From the IMG/VR virus record IMGVR_UViG_3300032242_000711, positions 1 to 59,205 of that record: a stretch of DNA of 59,205 nucleotides. One strand, given 5' to 3'. Position numbers and translations under genes: made by a program. Shown piece by piece: positions 8,532 to 18,012 of the stretch. The first letter of the stretch is position 1, and the number at the start of each line of letters is the position of its first letter. Source of the stretch: a virus. Lineage: Duplodnaviria > Caudoviricetes. The notes under the pieces were generated by a model. That model was not told the origin of the DNA and did not search any database. It saw only the letters and a list, made by a program, of their open reading frames with translations.

Positions 8532-8981
8532 TTAAAGACCTTTGCCAAAGCTGCTTGAGGATTTCCGCTCTTGGAAGATTGGCATCCGTGGGTCGCTTTG
8601 ACGCATCAAGTTGTTGTCTACAGCTTCCGTCTGAGCTTGTGTTTGCTTGGCAACAAAAGCGTTGCGCTGATCCACAAATTCAGTTGGAGTCTTGCAAAGC
8701 AACAACCCGCCGATCTCGATGTTGTCCTTGTAACGGGACGCGGGATCAGCTAACAGTTGGAATTTGGGTTGTTCCTCAATACCTACAGGCTCCCAACCTT
8801 CTCGTAGTTTGGACGAAAGGTTACGTGGGTCAGCGTTGTTAAGTGTTGAGACGCGAATCCAGCGATAGGCATACCCGGGCTGTCTGTCAGGCTCGGGCAG
8901 CAATTCAGGGTTCATCCACTGCTTTGGACGTTCTGCCATCACACGCGTTTCAAGTTCTCTTGTAAGTCTATTTTCAGCCAT
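8532..8981 (-). CDS. head-module protein of unknown function
   Basis: YRWIR...N....LREGWEPV...GGLLLCK; GGAGG RBS before ATG 8981. Confidence 0.7.
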   Translation of the reverse strand: MAENRLTRELETRVMAERPKQWMNPELLPEPDRQPGYAYRWIRVSTLNNADPRNLSSKLREGWEPVGIEEQPKFQLLADPASRYKDNIEIGGLLLCKTPTEFVDQRNAFVAKQTQAQTEAVDNNLMRQSDPRMPIFQERKSSSSFGKGL

Positions 8982-9918
8982 TTCGGGCCTCCAATTCAAG
9001 TTGTGCCTTCACATATTGTTCGGGCGTCAAACCCAGCTTTTTGGCTAGATTTATTTGGCTCTGCTTCATTTTGACCTTGTTGGAGGCCGTACTCCGCGTT
9101 GCCGGGGCTACAACAGTTGTGGGTTTTGAGCCAGACTGTTTGCGGCCAGTTTGTTCTTCTTCCACGTCGCCAAAGGCATCGGGGAATCGTTTACGCATTG
9201 TTTTGTCTAATGCGCGATAATAGTCATCAGAACCAATTGGTACGCCAGTTTCTTTAAGCTCTTCATGCAAGCCTAAAGCGTAAGCGGTCATCCCCTTATT
9301 CCGACCAAACCAACTGTTGCGTTCTTGCCACGCTTCAGCTTTAGCGTCAGGTCTAGGGGCAGGTTGATACTGTACAGGTTGCTGTTGTACAGGAACTTCT
9401 TGCTCTTGTAAAGAGGGCATGCGAAAGTTTTTTGCCTGCATCAATTTGATGTTGGCCAACTGCAATGCCTGTTGAGCTTCCAATAATTTATCGGAATCCC
9501 CCGCTTCATAGGCTTCTTTATAAGCCCGTTTGGCCATTTCCAACTCCATACCAGCGGAGTTTTGGATGGTAGAAGCGTACTCTTTCTCGCCTGTAGTCAG
9601 GATTTGCTTGATACGCTTGTTCTCTTCAAGCAAGCGTTGCGCCAAAGTCACAGCTTCTTGCTGCTCCCGCAGGGCGGACTCTTTCTCACGGCGCTCATCA
9701 TGCCAAACCTTGCGCATTTGCTTGAGTTTGGTCTTGACGTTGTCGTCATATTGGTCAAGCTCGTCCCGTTCCAACTCCTCAACCAAAGGTTTTGGCAGGG
9801 GTTGGCGACCACGATCTTCTACAGGTGCGTCATCTTCAATCTCGATTTCAATCTCGACATTGTTTTTTGTGTCCTCGACTTCGTCGGGGAACTTAAATTC
9901 TTCAGCATCTAAAGGCAT
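8974..9918 (-). CDS. capsid scaffolding protein
   Basis: Acidic N-terminus, long coiled coil, W...N.WFG, C-terminal AKKLGLTPEQY; lies between portal and capsid genes. Confidence 0.75.
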   Translation of the reverse strand: MPLDAEEFKFPDEVEDTKNNVEIEIEIEDDAPVEDRGRQPLPKPLVEELERDELDQYDDNVKTKLKQMRKVWHDERREKESALREQQEAVTLAQRLLEENKRIKQILTTGEKEYASTIQNSAGMELEMAKRAYKEAYEAGDSDKLLEAQQALQLANIKLMQAKNFRMPSLQEQEVPVQQQPVQYQPAPRPDAKAEAWQERNSWFGRNKGMTAYALGLHEELKETGVPIGSDDYYRALDKTMRKRFPDAFGDVEEEQTGRKQSGSKPTTVVAPATRSTASNKVKMKQSQINLAKKLGLTPEQYVKAQLELEARNG

Positions 9919-9929
9919 TTTGTGCTCCT

Positions 9930-10358
9930 TTACTTACGTTTAATGCCACGAGGATCGTCCACAGTACCATCGACGCTATCGTCGTTAATCATGCGAAATT
10001 CCCGTCCGTGGATGACAAGGCGTGAGCCTGCGTTTGGTTTGACAAGGATGAAATCACCCTTCTTGCACCACGGGCCTGTAGGAAACTTGTTTTTGTCCAA
10101 GTAGCAGTCTGGCCCCAAATCAACAACAAATAAGACCGTTGTAAGAATCTCTTCGTTGCGCATAGTTTCATCAGCCTTGATAAGGCCAACTTCACTGTCT
10201 TCATACTTGCTCTCCGCTTCCGGAATGGCACAAAGGATTTTGTAGCCAGCAGGTCGCGGCAGTTGTTTGCCTTTTTCCTCTGCGGTGGCAGAGAAGTTGT
10301 AGGCTCCCACAACTTGGGGGTTGTTGACGTCTGTAGCCAACAGGATGGAATTAGTCAT
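9930..10358 (-). CDS. groES: GroES-like co-chaperonin
   Basis: P.GYKIL...GLI...V..LGPD...GDF.....AG......G.EFR.INDD.V pattern of the Cpn10 fold. Confidence 0.75.
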   Translation of the reverse strand: MTNSILLATDVNNPQVVGAYNFSATAEEKGKQLPRPAGYKILCAIPEAESKYEDSEVGLIKADETMRNEEILTTVLFVVDLGPDCYLDKNKFPTGPWCKKGDFILVKPNAGSRLVIHGREFRMINDDSVDGTVDDPRGIKRK

Positions 10359-10542
10359 CCGAATGCTCCAAATTTTTAGCGAGGTCTACGATGATTGCGC
10401 ATGCGGCTTCGAGACCCCGAAGCTGACCGCACACGTACTTGTATTCCTCAAAAGTTGCGCAATTCCCACGGTGCACTGCCTCTTGAAGCATTGCCATACG
10501 GTCCTTGTACTCGTTTAAAAGATACTCCAAGTTCTTATCCAT
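10351..10542 (-). CDS. small head-module protein
   Basis: 63 aa (FEEYKYVCGQLRGL), coupled to the portal gene. Confidence 0.7.
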   Translation of the reverse strand: MDKNLEYLLNEYKDRMAMLQEAVHRGNCATFEEYKYVCGQLRGLEAACAIIVDLAKNLEHSDD

Positions 10543-13079
10543 TACTCACCTTTCGTCGGTTGTTTGGGTTGTTGCTGACGCATCTGGATGCGCTCCTGCA
10601 TATGACGCAACTGCTCCTCATGGCTCTTGTTTGACAACTGCGTGAGCACGTCAACACCCAAGTCCATGTACTGCCGCTGCTTGTCGTTCTGCATTTGCGC
10701 GATGTTTTTAACTGCATCCACCTTGATGCGTTTGTCATCGGTGGCTTGCTGCGCTTGGATGCGCTCGCGCTCGATCTGCTGCTGTGCTTGCTTAAGCTGA
10801 ATATCAGCCGCATCTTTCTGAGCCTTGCGTTGCTGGTCAGCTTGCTTGATCTGAAGCTCTTGCATCTGCATCTGCACCAGCGGGTCTTGTGCTTGCTTCT
10901 GTGCTTGCTGTTGAGCGGCTTCTTGCTGATTCTTCTGGACCAACCGCTGCGCTGCTTGCGCCAGCATAGGAGCCAACCGCGCCTCGACCTCGGGGTCCAT
11001 ATGCTCATCATCGCCATACTCATCTTTCTGAGGTGGCAGAGGCATACCCAACTCCTGCTCGATCTGACGGCGATACTCAAAGCCCAAGTGCTCGTTAATG
11101 TGAGCCATCATTGTGGACTGCAACTGCTGCGCCATCGGGTTGTTCTGGAGCAGCGACTGAATCTTGGGGTCTTGCATCGCAGACATGTGCACAACAATGT
11201 GTGACTGGTGGTCTTGAGTTAAGAACGCTTTGACAGGTTTGCCCGACAGCACGTTCTGGTTCTCCGTCACAGGGTCGGTTGGCCGCATGTCTTGGTCCAT
11301 CGGCACAAGTTTTTCGACGTCCTTAACACCCAACACCTCCAGCATCTGTCGATTGAGCAAGGGCAAGTTGTAGAGTTGTGGTGACTGCTGGGCCAACTGC
11401 ATCACAGCCTGATACTGCACGATCTTCTGCGCCATTGTTGAGGCGTTTGGATCGCTGACCGGGATGACATCCACGTCGTCATAGTCACTGCGCTTAGCTC
11501 TAGCCGAACCCTCGACTGGCTCGTAGTCGTAATCTTCTGGGGTGTACGCAGCGATGATCTCTTTGAGCAGACCCAACTCCTGCTTCATGCTGTAGTGCAC
11601 ACGGGCTTGGATAGCCGACATGTTTTTCAGCGTGCGCTCAAGGATAGCCAGCGTAGTGCCCACAGGTGCGTTCGCACTCATGTCACTCACATCCAAGTCG
11701 GTGGAGTTAGCGGCGCGGCGACCCTCGTCCACAATCTGGCCCAAGAGAGCCATCAAAGTCTGACTTGGCTCTTTATATGGCAGAGGCAACAAGTTATCGC
11801 GCAGTGCACCACTTGGCACGTCCACATCACGCCACTCGCCGGGAGAGATCGGTGTATCGTCACCCTTTACACGCAAGCCACGAGTTTTAAAGCCGCCGGG
11901 CAAGTTAGATAGCGTACCTGCATCCACCAACTGACGGATCAATGAAGTGCTGGACTTGGCAAATGCGCCGATCAGGTGGATCAGACCGAAATAATAAAAG
12001 CCAAAGCCGGGCACGTAGCCGTAGTGCACAAAGTGCTGGCGCTTCTGGTACGTCTCATCATCAGGTTCCCAGTTGCGGCGGATCGCCAAAACTTTGCCGG
12101 ACCCTTTCTCAAGCGTCACCACGTATGGCAGTGCGATACCGGTCGGGTTGCCATCCTCATCTTTGTGCTCGTAGCCAGCAAGATCAATGTCCACGTGCAT
12201 CTCAAGAATCTTATAGCGGTCATCACTTGTGGCTCTGAAGCCCAACTTCTCCGCAATCTTCTTCTCAACTTCATCCAACATGTTGTTGGGCGTGCCCAAG
12301 TCAATGTCCCGGTAAAACCCAGCTACTTGCAGCTTGGTCAAATCGTTCTCGGTCTTGCGCATCACGTGAGTCACACGCTCGGCAGACTCCAAGTTACTCG
12401 CGCCGTAGGGCACAACGATGTCTTCTGCGGGGACAAAGAGCGAAACCTGACGGTCAAGGTTAGGGTCAAAGTAGACTTTCTTGAACGCATTACCCGACAG
12501 ACCCAAGCCCCACAGCATGCGCTCGTGCTCGGGGCGGTACTCTTTCATCTCAATGGTCAGCTTGTAGTTCATGTCGTCTGCGACACGCACGGCTGATGCC
12601 TTCTTGGCTGGAGTCTCTCTACCCTTGATTTTTGTCTTCACAGGACCAGCGGCGGGGAATGTAGCCATCATGGTCTCAGACTGGAACTTGACCAGCGCCT
12701 CAGACAGCATCGGGTGGTACACACCGCAAGCACCTTCCCAAGGCTCGGCCCGCTCCTCAATCTTCATGCCCAGCAACTCAAGGCCGTCCACATAAGTTTG
12801 CATCCAGTCTTTGCGGCTGCTCACGTCGTCGCCATAGTCAGACAGCAAGTTACTAGACAGGGACTCTAATACCGACTCTGATACATCTTCTGCAAGGTTG
12901 GCGTTGAAGTCATCTTCCGACTCCCCGTCAGGCTTGATCTCAATCTCCATCCCATCCATACCGATGCGCACGGCCTCGGGGTCTTCGATCTCAATCTCAA
13001 TGTCAGGCTCAGTATCCGCCTGCGCCATCAAATCTTCAATCCCTTGGGGGGCCGCATACAGTGACTTTTCAATTGCCAT
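10542..13079 (-). CDS. portal protein (P22-like, long Gln-rich barrel)
   Basis: 845 aa after terminase; SRKDW, HP.L.EA..FQ, G..FKKVY motifs; Q-rich C-terminal coil. Confidence 0.88.
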   Translation of the reverse strand: MAIEKSLYAAPQGIEDLMAQADTEPDIEIEIEDPEAVRIGMDGMEIEIKPDGESEDDFNANLAEDVSESVLESLSSNLLSDYGDDVSSRKDWMQTYVDGLELLGMKIEERAEPWEGACGVYHPMLSEALVKFQSETMMATFPAAGPVKTKIKGRETPAKKASAVRVADDMNYKLTIEMKEYRPEHERMLWGLGLSGNAFKKVYFDPNLDRQVSLFVPAEDIVVPYGASNLESAERVTHVMRKTENDLTKLQVAGFYRDIDLGTPNNMLDEVEKKIAEKLGFRATSDDRYKILEMHVDIDLAGYEHKDEDGNPTGIALPYVVTLEKGSGKVLAIRRNWEPDDETYQKRQHFVHYGYVPGFGFYYFGLIHLIGAFAKSSTSLIRQLVDAGTLSNLPGGFKTRGLRVKGDDTPISPGEWRDVDVPSGALRDNLLPLPYKEPSQTLMALLGQIVDEGRRAANSTDLDVSDMSANAPVGTTLAILERTLKNMSAIQARVHYSMKQELGLLKEIIAAYTPEDYDYEPVEGSARAKRSDYDDVDVIPVSDPNASTMAQKIVQYQAVMQLAQQSPQLYNLPLLNRQMLEVLGVKDVEKLVPMDQDMRPTDPVTENQNVLSGKPVKAFLTQDHQSHIVVHMSAMQDPKIQSLLQNNPMAQQLQSTMMAHINEHLGFEYRRQIEQELGMPLPPQKDEYGDDEHMDPEVEARLAPMLAQAAQRLVQKNQQEAAQQQAQKQAQDPLVQMQMQELQIKQADQQRKAQKDAADIQLKQAQQQIERERIQAQQATDDKRIKVDAVKNIAQMQNDKQRQYMDLGVDVLTQLSNKSHEEQLRHMQERIQMRQQQPKQPTKGE

Positions 13080-13087
13080 AATTCACC

Positions 13088-14599
13088 TCAGTAGTATTCC
13101 CGCTTGCGTCGAAACTCGCGGGGGTCGTCTTGTTCATCGGAGTCTAATTGAATGAAGCCACCGCGCCGGTAGCGCAGTAGTGCCTGACTCATCGAGTCCA
13201 CCATGTCGTCATGCTCGCCTGACGGGAAGCTGGCTACTTCTTCTACCAGTTCTTCCGCCCAGTGCGTATTAGGCACCCATACTCGCCCAGATGCAAATAG
13301 GTCAGCCACGGCATTCAACCGTGCTATTTTGTCATTACCTTTGCTTGGTGTGAACTCTTGCACGGGGATACCCATGGCCCGAAGCTCAAAAATAAGTGGG
13401 CTTCCCGCCGCTTTGGCTTCCACAATGCACGAATCTGGTTCCCATTCTTTGTACTCTTCGTAGGCCCGGGCCTTGAGTTCTGGGAACTCCATGCGCTTTT
13501 TGAACGCATTGAGCAAGATAATATTGGACTGCGGCCTGCCCGTGTCATCATCCTTGTGAAACACACCCCATGTTGTGCACGCGCTGTAGTCGGCCCGCTC
13601 TGACTTAAGAAACGCCGTATCCCATGACTGGATCACAAAGTCGCAGTATGGTGGGCTGTCATCTTCCCAAGTCTTCCACCACTCCCGCTTGATGATCGCA
13701 CTGACATCGGACGTGGGCTGCTGCATGTACTGCGCCATCCACTTACCCGAAGGCAATTCATTGCGCAGGGACTCCAATTCTTTAATTGACCAGAACCCGG
13801 GCCACAGTGGCCTGCCCGAAGGCAAGATGGCTGGAAACTCAATCACGCGCCACTCATCTCCGTCACGCTGGGCAGCAGCTTTGAGCGCTTGGCCGGTCAA
13901 GTCCTTCTTAGACCAGCGCGTCATCACAATCACAATAGCTCCGCCCGGCTGGAGACGCTGACGCGGACCTGACGTATACCACTCATACGTCTTGTCGTAA
14001 ATCTCGGGGTTGGTTTCCGCTATGGTTGCTTCTTGTTCCGAGTGAGGGTCGTCAATAATGAGGATGTCCGCGCCTTTACCCGTAACCGCACCACCCACAC
14101 CAATCGCAAAATAGTCTCCACCATAGTTAGTCGCCCACCGGCCAGCAGCTTTAGAGTCAGACTGTAGTGAGACTTCCGGAAATATGTCTTTATAGCGGTC
14201 AGAATCAACGAGGTTCCTCACTTTCCGGCCAAAACCCACCGCCAATTCGGCAGTGTGGGACGTCTGAATCACCTTTTTGCCCGGGTACATCCCCAAAAAC
14301 CACGCTGGAAGCAAGTAACTGGCAAACTCAGACTTGGTATGCCGTGGCGGCATGTTAATAATGAGCCGTTTGATCTTGCCCTCGGCCACTTGTTGGAAGG
14401 CTTCTGCCATTTTCTCGTGGTGCCAACCATGAATGAAGCTCGGCCAAACGTATTTAACGAAGGCCATGAAGTCATTTGCTACAACTTCTTTAGTTTTGTT
14501 CCTTCGGGCCTCTGCAATCAACGCACCAACCTTTTGTTTGGCGGCATCAGGCAATGTTGGCAGCAGTTTTTCTGCTTGGGCCAGCAATTCAGGACTCAT
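13088..14599 (-). CDS. terL: terminase large subunit
   Basis: MPPRHTKS Walker A variant, LIIDDP Walker B, MTRW, SWDTA and HDDMVDS nuclease motifs. Confidence 0.95.
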   Translation of the reverse strand: MSPELLAQAEKLLPTLPDAAKQKVGALIAEARRNKTKEVVANDFMAFVKYVWPSFIHGWHHEKMAEAFQQVAEGKIKRLIINMPPRHTKSEFASYLLPAWFLGMYPGKKVIQTSHTAELAVGFGRKVRNLVDSDRYKDIFPEVSLQSDSKAAGRWATNYGGDYFAIGVGGAVTGKGADILIIDDPHSEQEATIAETNPEIYDKTYEWYTSGPRQRLQPGGAIVIVMTRWSKKDLTGQALKAAAQRDGDEWRVIEFPAILPSGRPLWPGFWSIKELESLRNELPSGKWMAQYMQQPTSDVSAIIKREWWKTWEDDSPPYCDFVIQSWDTAFLKSERADYSACTTWGVFHKDDDTGRPQSNIILLNAFKKRMEFPELKARAYEEYKEWEPDSCIVEAKAAGSPLIFELRAMGIPVQEFTPSKGNDKIARLNAVADLFASGRVWVPNTHWAEELVEEVASFPSGEHDDMVDSMSQALLRYRRGGFIQLDSDEQDDPREFRRKREYY

Positions 14600-15185
14600 T
14601 TTTGTCCCCTTCTTGCACGTTTACGGGGCCAAGTTCCTCATCCATGTCGATTTCTGCAATGGATTTGGGCGTTTCCTTGGGCGTCACGTCAATTACTTCG
14701 CCTGTAAACAACTCCAGAGTCTTCTTAAGCTCTGCTTCGATGTCACTCATGGTCCGGTGCGTCACGGTAATGTCGATCCGCTCACTGAACAGCCCCACAT
14801 TTGACACTTTGCCCAGCAACTCCAACGACTTCAAACGCACTTTGGGGTCCGGGTCTGCCGTTTCTGCAATCAATTTGTTGGTCACGTAGTTACGCAGCCT
14901 ACGCCCCACATCCAAAACCTCTTGATCCCATTCCGTCAGCATCGACTCCAAATTAAGTATGGTGCCCGGGGTTACTGCGCTGGGTTTTGGCATTTTTGCA
15001 GACGCAAAAATCCTGTGGCTTTCAGTTTTGTCTTGGGGGGTTATTTCTGGATTTAATCCATGCCCAACCAACGCCTCAATCGTTTTGAAATAGGCATGGG
15101 CTTTCTCTCGGAAGTCGTCAATTTCTTCCGGTGTGGTGTCGAAGGGCAGTGGTATACCGACTTCGGGTGTTGCAACAATGGGCAT
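14589..15185 (-). CDS. putative terminase small subunit
   Basis: First late gene, directly before terL; RLKSLELLGK..VGLF motif. Confidence 0.55.
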   Translation of the reverse strand: MPIVATPEVGIPLPFDTTPEEIDDFREKAHAYFKTIEALVGHGLNPEITPQDKTESHRIFASAKMPKPSAVTPGTILNLESMLTEWDQEVLDVGRRLRNYVTNKLIAETADPDPKVRLKSLELLGKVSNVGLFSERIDITVTHRTMSDIEAELKKTLELFTGEVIDVTPKETPKSIAEIDMDEELGPVNVQEGDKNES

Positions 15186-15216
15186 AAGCGTTTGTAGCTC
15201 CTGCTAGATTGAGCGC

Positions 15217-15246
15217 ACTGTAACACAAAAATATATGGGGGTGCAA
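15217..15246 (-). promoter_or_regulatory. putative late-arm promoter
   Basis: TTGCAC-18 nt-TACAGT with TG extension; same -35 as the 6052 promoter. Confidence 0.5.
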
Positions 15247-15423
15247 CAGGGGACCCAAAAACATGATGGGGGGTGTTTCTATAGCTACTGTAAACCCTAA
15301 CTGGCTACAAATTCAAAGGGGGTAGGGGGTACTGTAAAGTGCTATGGAAATTTGTAATTTAATGTGCAAATCACTATGTAGGGGACGAGCGGGTCCCATC
15401 AACCACAAAACGGGGGGTGGGGG

Positions 15424-15497
15424 TGTCGATAATCGGCTGGAGAAAATCAATTTATTATCAAGGTTAATAAAATAAAATAATGCTTGTCGATAATCGG
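15424..15497 (+). repeat. 13-bp direct repeat TGTCGATAATCGG
   Basis: Copies at 15424-15436 and 15485-15497; the second overlaps a possible TTGTCG/TACATT promoter. Confidence 0.7.
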
Positions 15498-15569
15498 GAT
15501 TATGTTACATTAGAACTGTGGTGAATAACTCACTACACATTAACTTAACTAACTGAAAGAGAGAAACCC

Positions 15570-16091
15570 ATGTCAATCAATCAAGCCACTGAATATTCTA
15601 ATGTCGTCACCGCAGTGACTGCCGCAGTTCGCCAAGATATTAACACGGTTAATAAATGGCAAAACGCAGGCGCATCGGTTCGGGCATTTTTTGGAACTGA
15701 AACCGCCATTAACGAGGTGAAAGCCCAATTTATCGCTGATGCTATTATCCCCGCCATGGACAAAAAGCATGCCACTGCATTATTGAAAGAAACCGTTCGC
15801 AAAGGTAGTGCTGAATATAACGCATTGGACTCAGCGGGTCGGGATGCATGGGAAGCCACTAACACGGCCAAAAAAGACGCAAGGGCGGTCGCACATACTA
15901 TGTTTTCACGTGTCGTCAAGTATGCTTTTCCCCGTGAAAAAACTGAGTCAGAAAGCAAGTCATTGGAAACCAAATTGGCTTACCTTATCAATGAAGCAAT
16001 TGGCAAATGCGAGAAAGCCGAGGCCGCATCTTTTGACGTGCTCAAGACAATCGAGCATCTCAAGGCCGCTTTGTCCATCATCACAAAATAA
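15570..16091 (+). CDS. early hypothetical protein
   Basis: 173 aa, Ala/Lys-rich and helical; purine-rich RBS; followed by a terminator. Confidence 0.8.
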   Translation: MSINQATEYSNVVTAVTAAVRQDINTVNKWQNAGASVRAFFGTETAINEVKAQFIADAIIPAMDKKHATALLKETVRKGSAEYNALDSAGRDAWEATNTAKKDARAVAHTMFSRVVKYAFPREKTESESKSLETKLAYLINEAIGKCEKAEAASFDVLKTIEHLKAALSIITK

Positions 16092-16110
16092 GTTAACACG
16101 TGTTAATCAC

Positions 16111-16132
16111 AGCCCACTTCGGTGGGCTTTTT
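16111..16132 (+). terminator. rho-independent terminator
   Basis: AGCCCAC-TTCG-GTGGGCT-TTTT. Confidence 0.88.
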
Positions 16133-16221
16133 CTTCGCCCTCATTTTTGTGTCCCACATCTTTCATGATAGTTGGGGCGATGATGATGCAGGCGATGATG
16201 CAGATGAAGCACAAAGTACCT

Positions 16222-16543
16222 TGTTCCAGTTGTTCCGCGATGTTCCGGGCACTGGAACAAGCAAAAACGCTTGTAACTTGTTGTTTTATAAAGGTTTTTT
16301 TAATAAATATATTCTGATGTTCCGTTGTTCCACATATATAACATACCTAGCCGTTTCCCTTTTTAGGTTAACAGTGTTAACCAAGGGCTTTGTTCCTTCC
16401 AAAGAGGGTCTCGGAAAGTGCGTTTTTAGGGTGGAACAGCGGAACATCGCGACAACGAAGCGTCTAACATCATGATTTTAAACAACTTTTGCAATTCACC
16501 ACTTTTTGGAACAACAGCAACAAACCCCTGTTTTTCCGGAACA
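16222..16543. repeat. TGTTCC/GGAACA iteron-like cluster, candidate replication origin
   Basis: 11 copies in about 320 bp, an 18-bp inverted repeat and an AT-rich spacer. Confidence 0.7.
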
Positions 16544-16595
16544 AACCCTCAACCAAACACGTGTAAACGCGTTTTTTCTATGATTGGAGTCAAAA

Positions 16596-16808
16596 ATGCC
16601 AAATAACGCCCATCACTTTTGCCGTGAGTGTGGTGACGACATCCCCTCTGCTCGTTGGGCTTTGGGGTTCAAGCACTGCATGGTTTGTGGTCAAGCGCTT
16701 GCCAAGCAGAAAAAGCACACCATCGTGCCCATGCACAAGTCCAACTACATCGTGGTGACCGACCGCACCATCTTGACCGGAATCAACAACAAGCAACAGC
16801 GCAACTAG
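16596..16808 (+). CDS. DksA/TraR-type C4 zinc-finger protein
   Basis: CRECGDDIPSARWALGFKHCMVC matches C..CG..IP..R......C..C; GGAG RBS. Confidence 0.7.
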   Translation: MPNNAHHFCRECGDDIPSARWALGFKHCMVCGQALAKQKKHTIVPMHKSNYIVVTDRTILTGINNKQQRN

Positions 16809-16863
16809 CGGCAATAAGTACCGCTACAACATCAACCCTAAACAAGTTAACAGGAGTTAATAA

Positions 16864-17076
16864 ATGACCAAAATTCTTCAGCTTCAAGAGTTCGCACGTG
16901 CCAACTACGAGCATGGTGGGCATTGGATATATGAGTGCTTCGACACAGGCGACTACCATGAGTTGCTTGAGTACTGCAACGGCAACGTGGACGATGCCAA
17001 GACCGCAATGCGTGAGCGTTGGGAGCGCATCGCTGAGCGTCAGCGTGAGTGCTCATTCGGTGATGGCGAGTTTTAA
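16864..17076 (+). CDS. hypothetical protein
   Basis: 70 aa; AGGAG RBS inside the palindrome. Confidence 0.75.
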   Translation: MTKILQLQEFARANYEHGGHWIYECFDTGDYHELLEYCNGNVDDAKTAMRERWERIAERQRECSFGDGEF

Positions 17077-17101
17077 ATATATTATCAGGGAGTTAATAAA
17101 T

Positions 17102-17338
17102 ATGGAGAAACTGATGGACGACAAACCAACTGGATATAACACGGGCAAGGTGGTGATTGGTTGCAATTACACCAAGCCATTGTGCAAACAAAGCGATGAC
17201 GGTGAGTTCTGGCAATCTGTATTGCTTGGCGATTATCAAAAGCAACAACGATTTAATGTGCAGATAACTCTGTATGTGGTCGGTATATTATTGCTGATGA
17301 TTGTGTTGCTAACTACTTGTGCAAGTCGGACAATATGA
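17102..17338 (+). CDS. small protein with C-terminal TM helix
   Basis: YNTGKVVIG...WQSVLL followed by a hydrophobic tail; GGGAG RBS. Confidence 0.65.
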   Translation: MEKLMDDKPTGYNTGKVVIGCNYTKPLCKQSDDGEFWQSVLLGDYQKQQRFNVQITLYVVGILLLMIVLLTTCASRTI

Positions 17339-17541
17339 TTATTGACCGCAAAACAGGTAACGAGGTGCTTGTGGGTGACACGCTCATTCGCAAGGACTAC
17401 AAGGGGTTTCGCCATCGCTACGAGGTGGTCGAGATAATCTTGCCGCACACCATCCGTGTGAGAAAACTAAGCCAAGGCGACAGGTGGGTATACCTGACCA
17501 TGCCGCTGACTGCACTGCAACTGAACGAGGTGATGATATGA
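17335..17541 (+). CDS. hypothetical protein
   Basis: ATGA-coupled, 68 aa (MIIDRKTGNEV...). Confidence 0.65.
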   Translation: MIIDRKTGNEVLVGDTLIRKDYKGFRHRYEVVEIILPHTIRVRKLSQGDRWVYLTMPLTALQLNEVMI

Positions 17542-17753
17542 ACTGGAACTACCGAATTGTGAACTGCAAGTCGGATAACGGGGGCGATGATTGGTATTGC
17601 CTACAAGAAGTTTTCTATGACGAGAACGACAACCCGATCGGTTATTCCGACCCATGCACAGGCTCTGAGGACATGGAGTCTTTGAAATGGGTGTTTGAGA
17701 AGATGAACATGGCGATGACCAAACCCGCCCTACAAGAGGAGGACTTCAAATGA
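17538..17753 (+). CDS. hypothetical protein
   Basis: MNWNYRIV...LQEVFYD; GAGG RBS, ATGA-coupled. Confidence 0.7.
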   Translation: MNWNYRIVNCKSDNGGDDWYCLQEVFYDENDNPIGYSDPCTGSEDMESLKWVFEKMNMAMTKPALQEEDFK

Positions 17754-17842
17754 GACTGACACCGTGGGAACGCATCGAGCGTTGCGTTTTTCTTCTGTGC
17801 ATCGTTGTCGTTGCACTTGATCTTTACTACTGGAGACCATGA
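17750..17842 (+). CDS. 30-aa single-pass membrane peptide
   Basis: Read by hand: MRLTPWERIERCVFLLCIVVVALDLYYWRP; GGAGG RBS, coupled at both ends. Confidence 0.65.
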   Translation: MRLTPWERIERCVFLLCIVVVALDLYYWRP

Positions 17843-18009
17843 TGGACAAGCATGACCTGAATGAGATCAACGAAGCGCTGGCCGAGATGGAGTTCATGTG
17901 CGCATCGGACATCGGCCATGAGATGCGTCTGCGCATCACTGCACTGTACGTCAAAGCCTTTATGTTGCGGCTCATGAATAGCAACTACAAACAAGTTAAC
18001 AGGAGTTAA
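17839..18009 (+). CDS. hypothetical protein
   Basis: 56 aa read by hand (MMDKHDLNEINEAL...); GGAG RBS. Confidence 0.6.
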   Translation: MMDKHDLNEINEALAEMEFMCASDIGHEMRLRITALYVKAFMLRLMNSNYKQVNRS

Positions 18010-18012
18010 TAC

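Noticed and set aside
10535-11080. 181-aa alternative-frame ORF in the portal gene
   Set aside because: Ser/Arg-rich frame-shift product of the CAG-rich barrel region; no evidence of a real gene.
16122-16475. 117-aa ORF, and 15808-16317
   Set aside because: Overlap a terminator and the TGTTCC repeat array; low complexity and no RBS.
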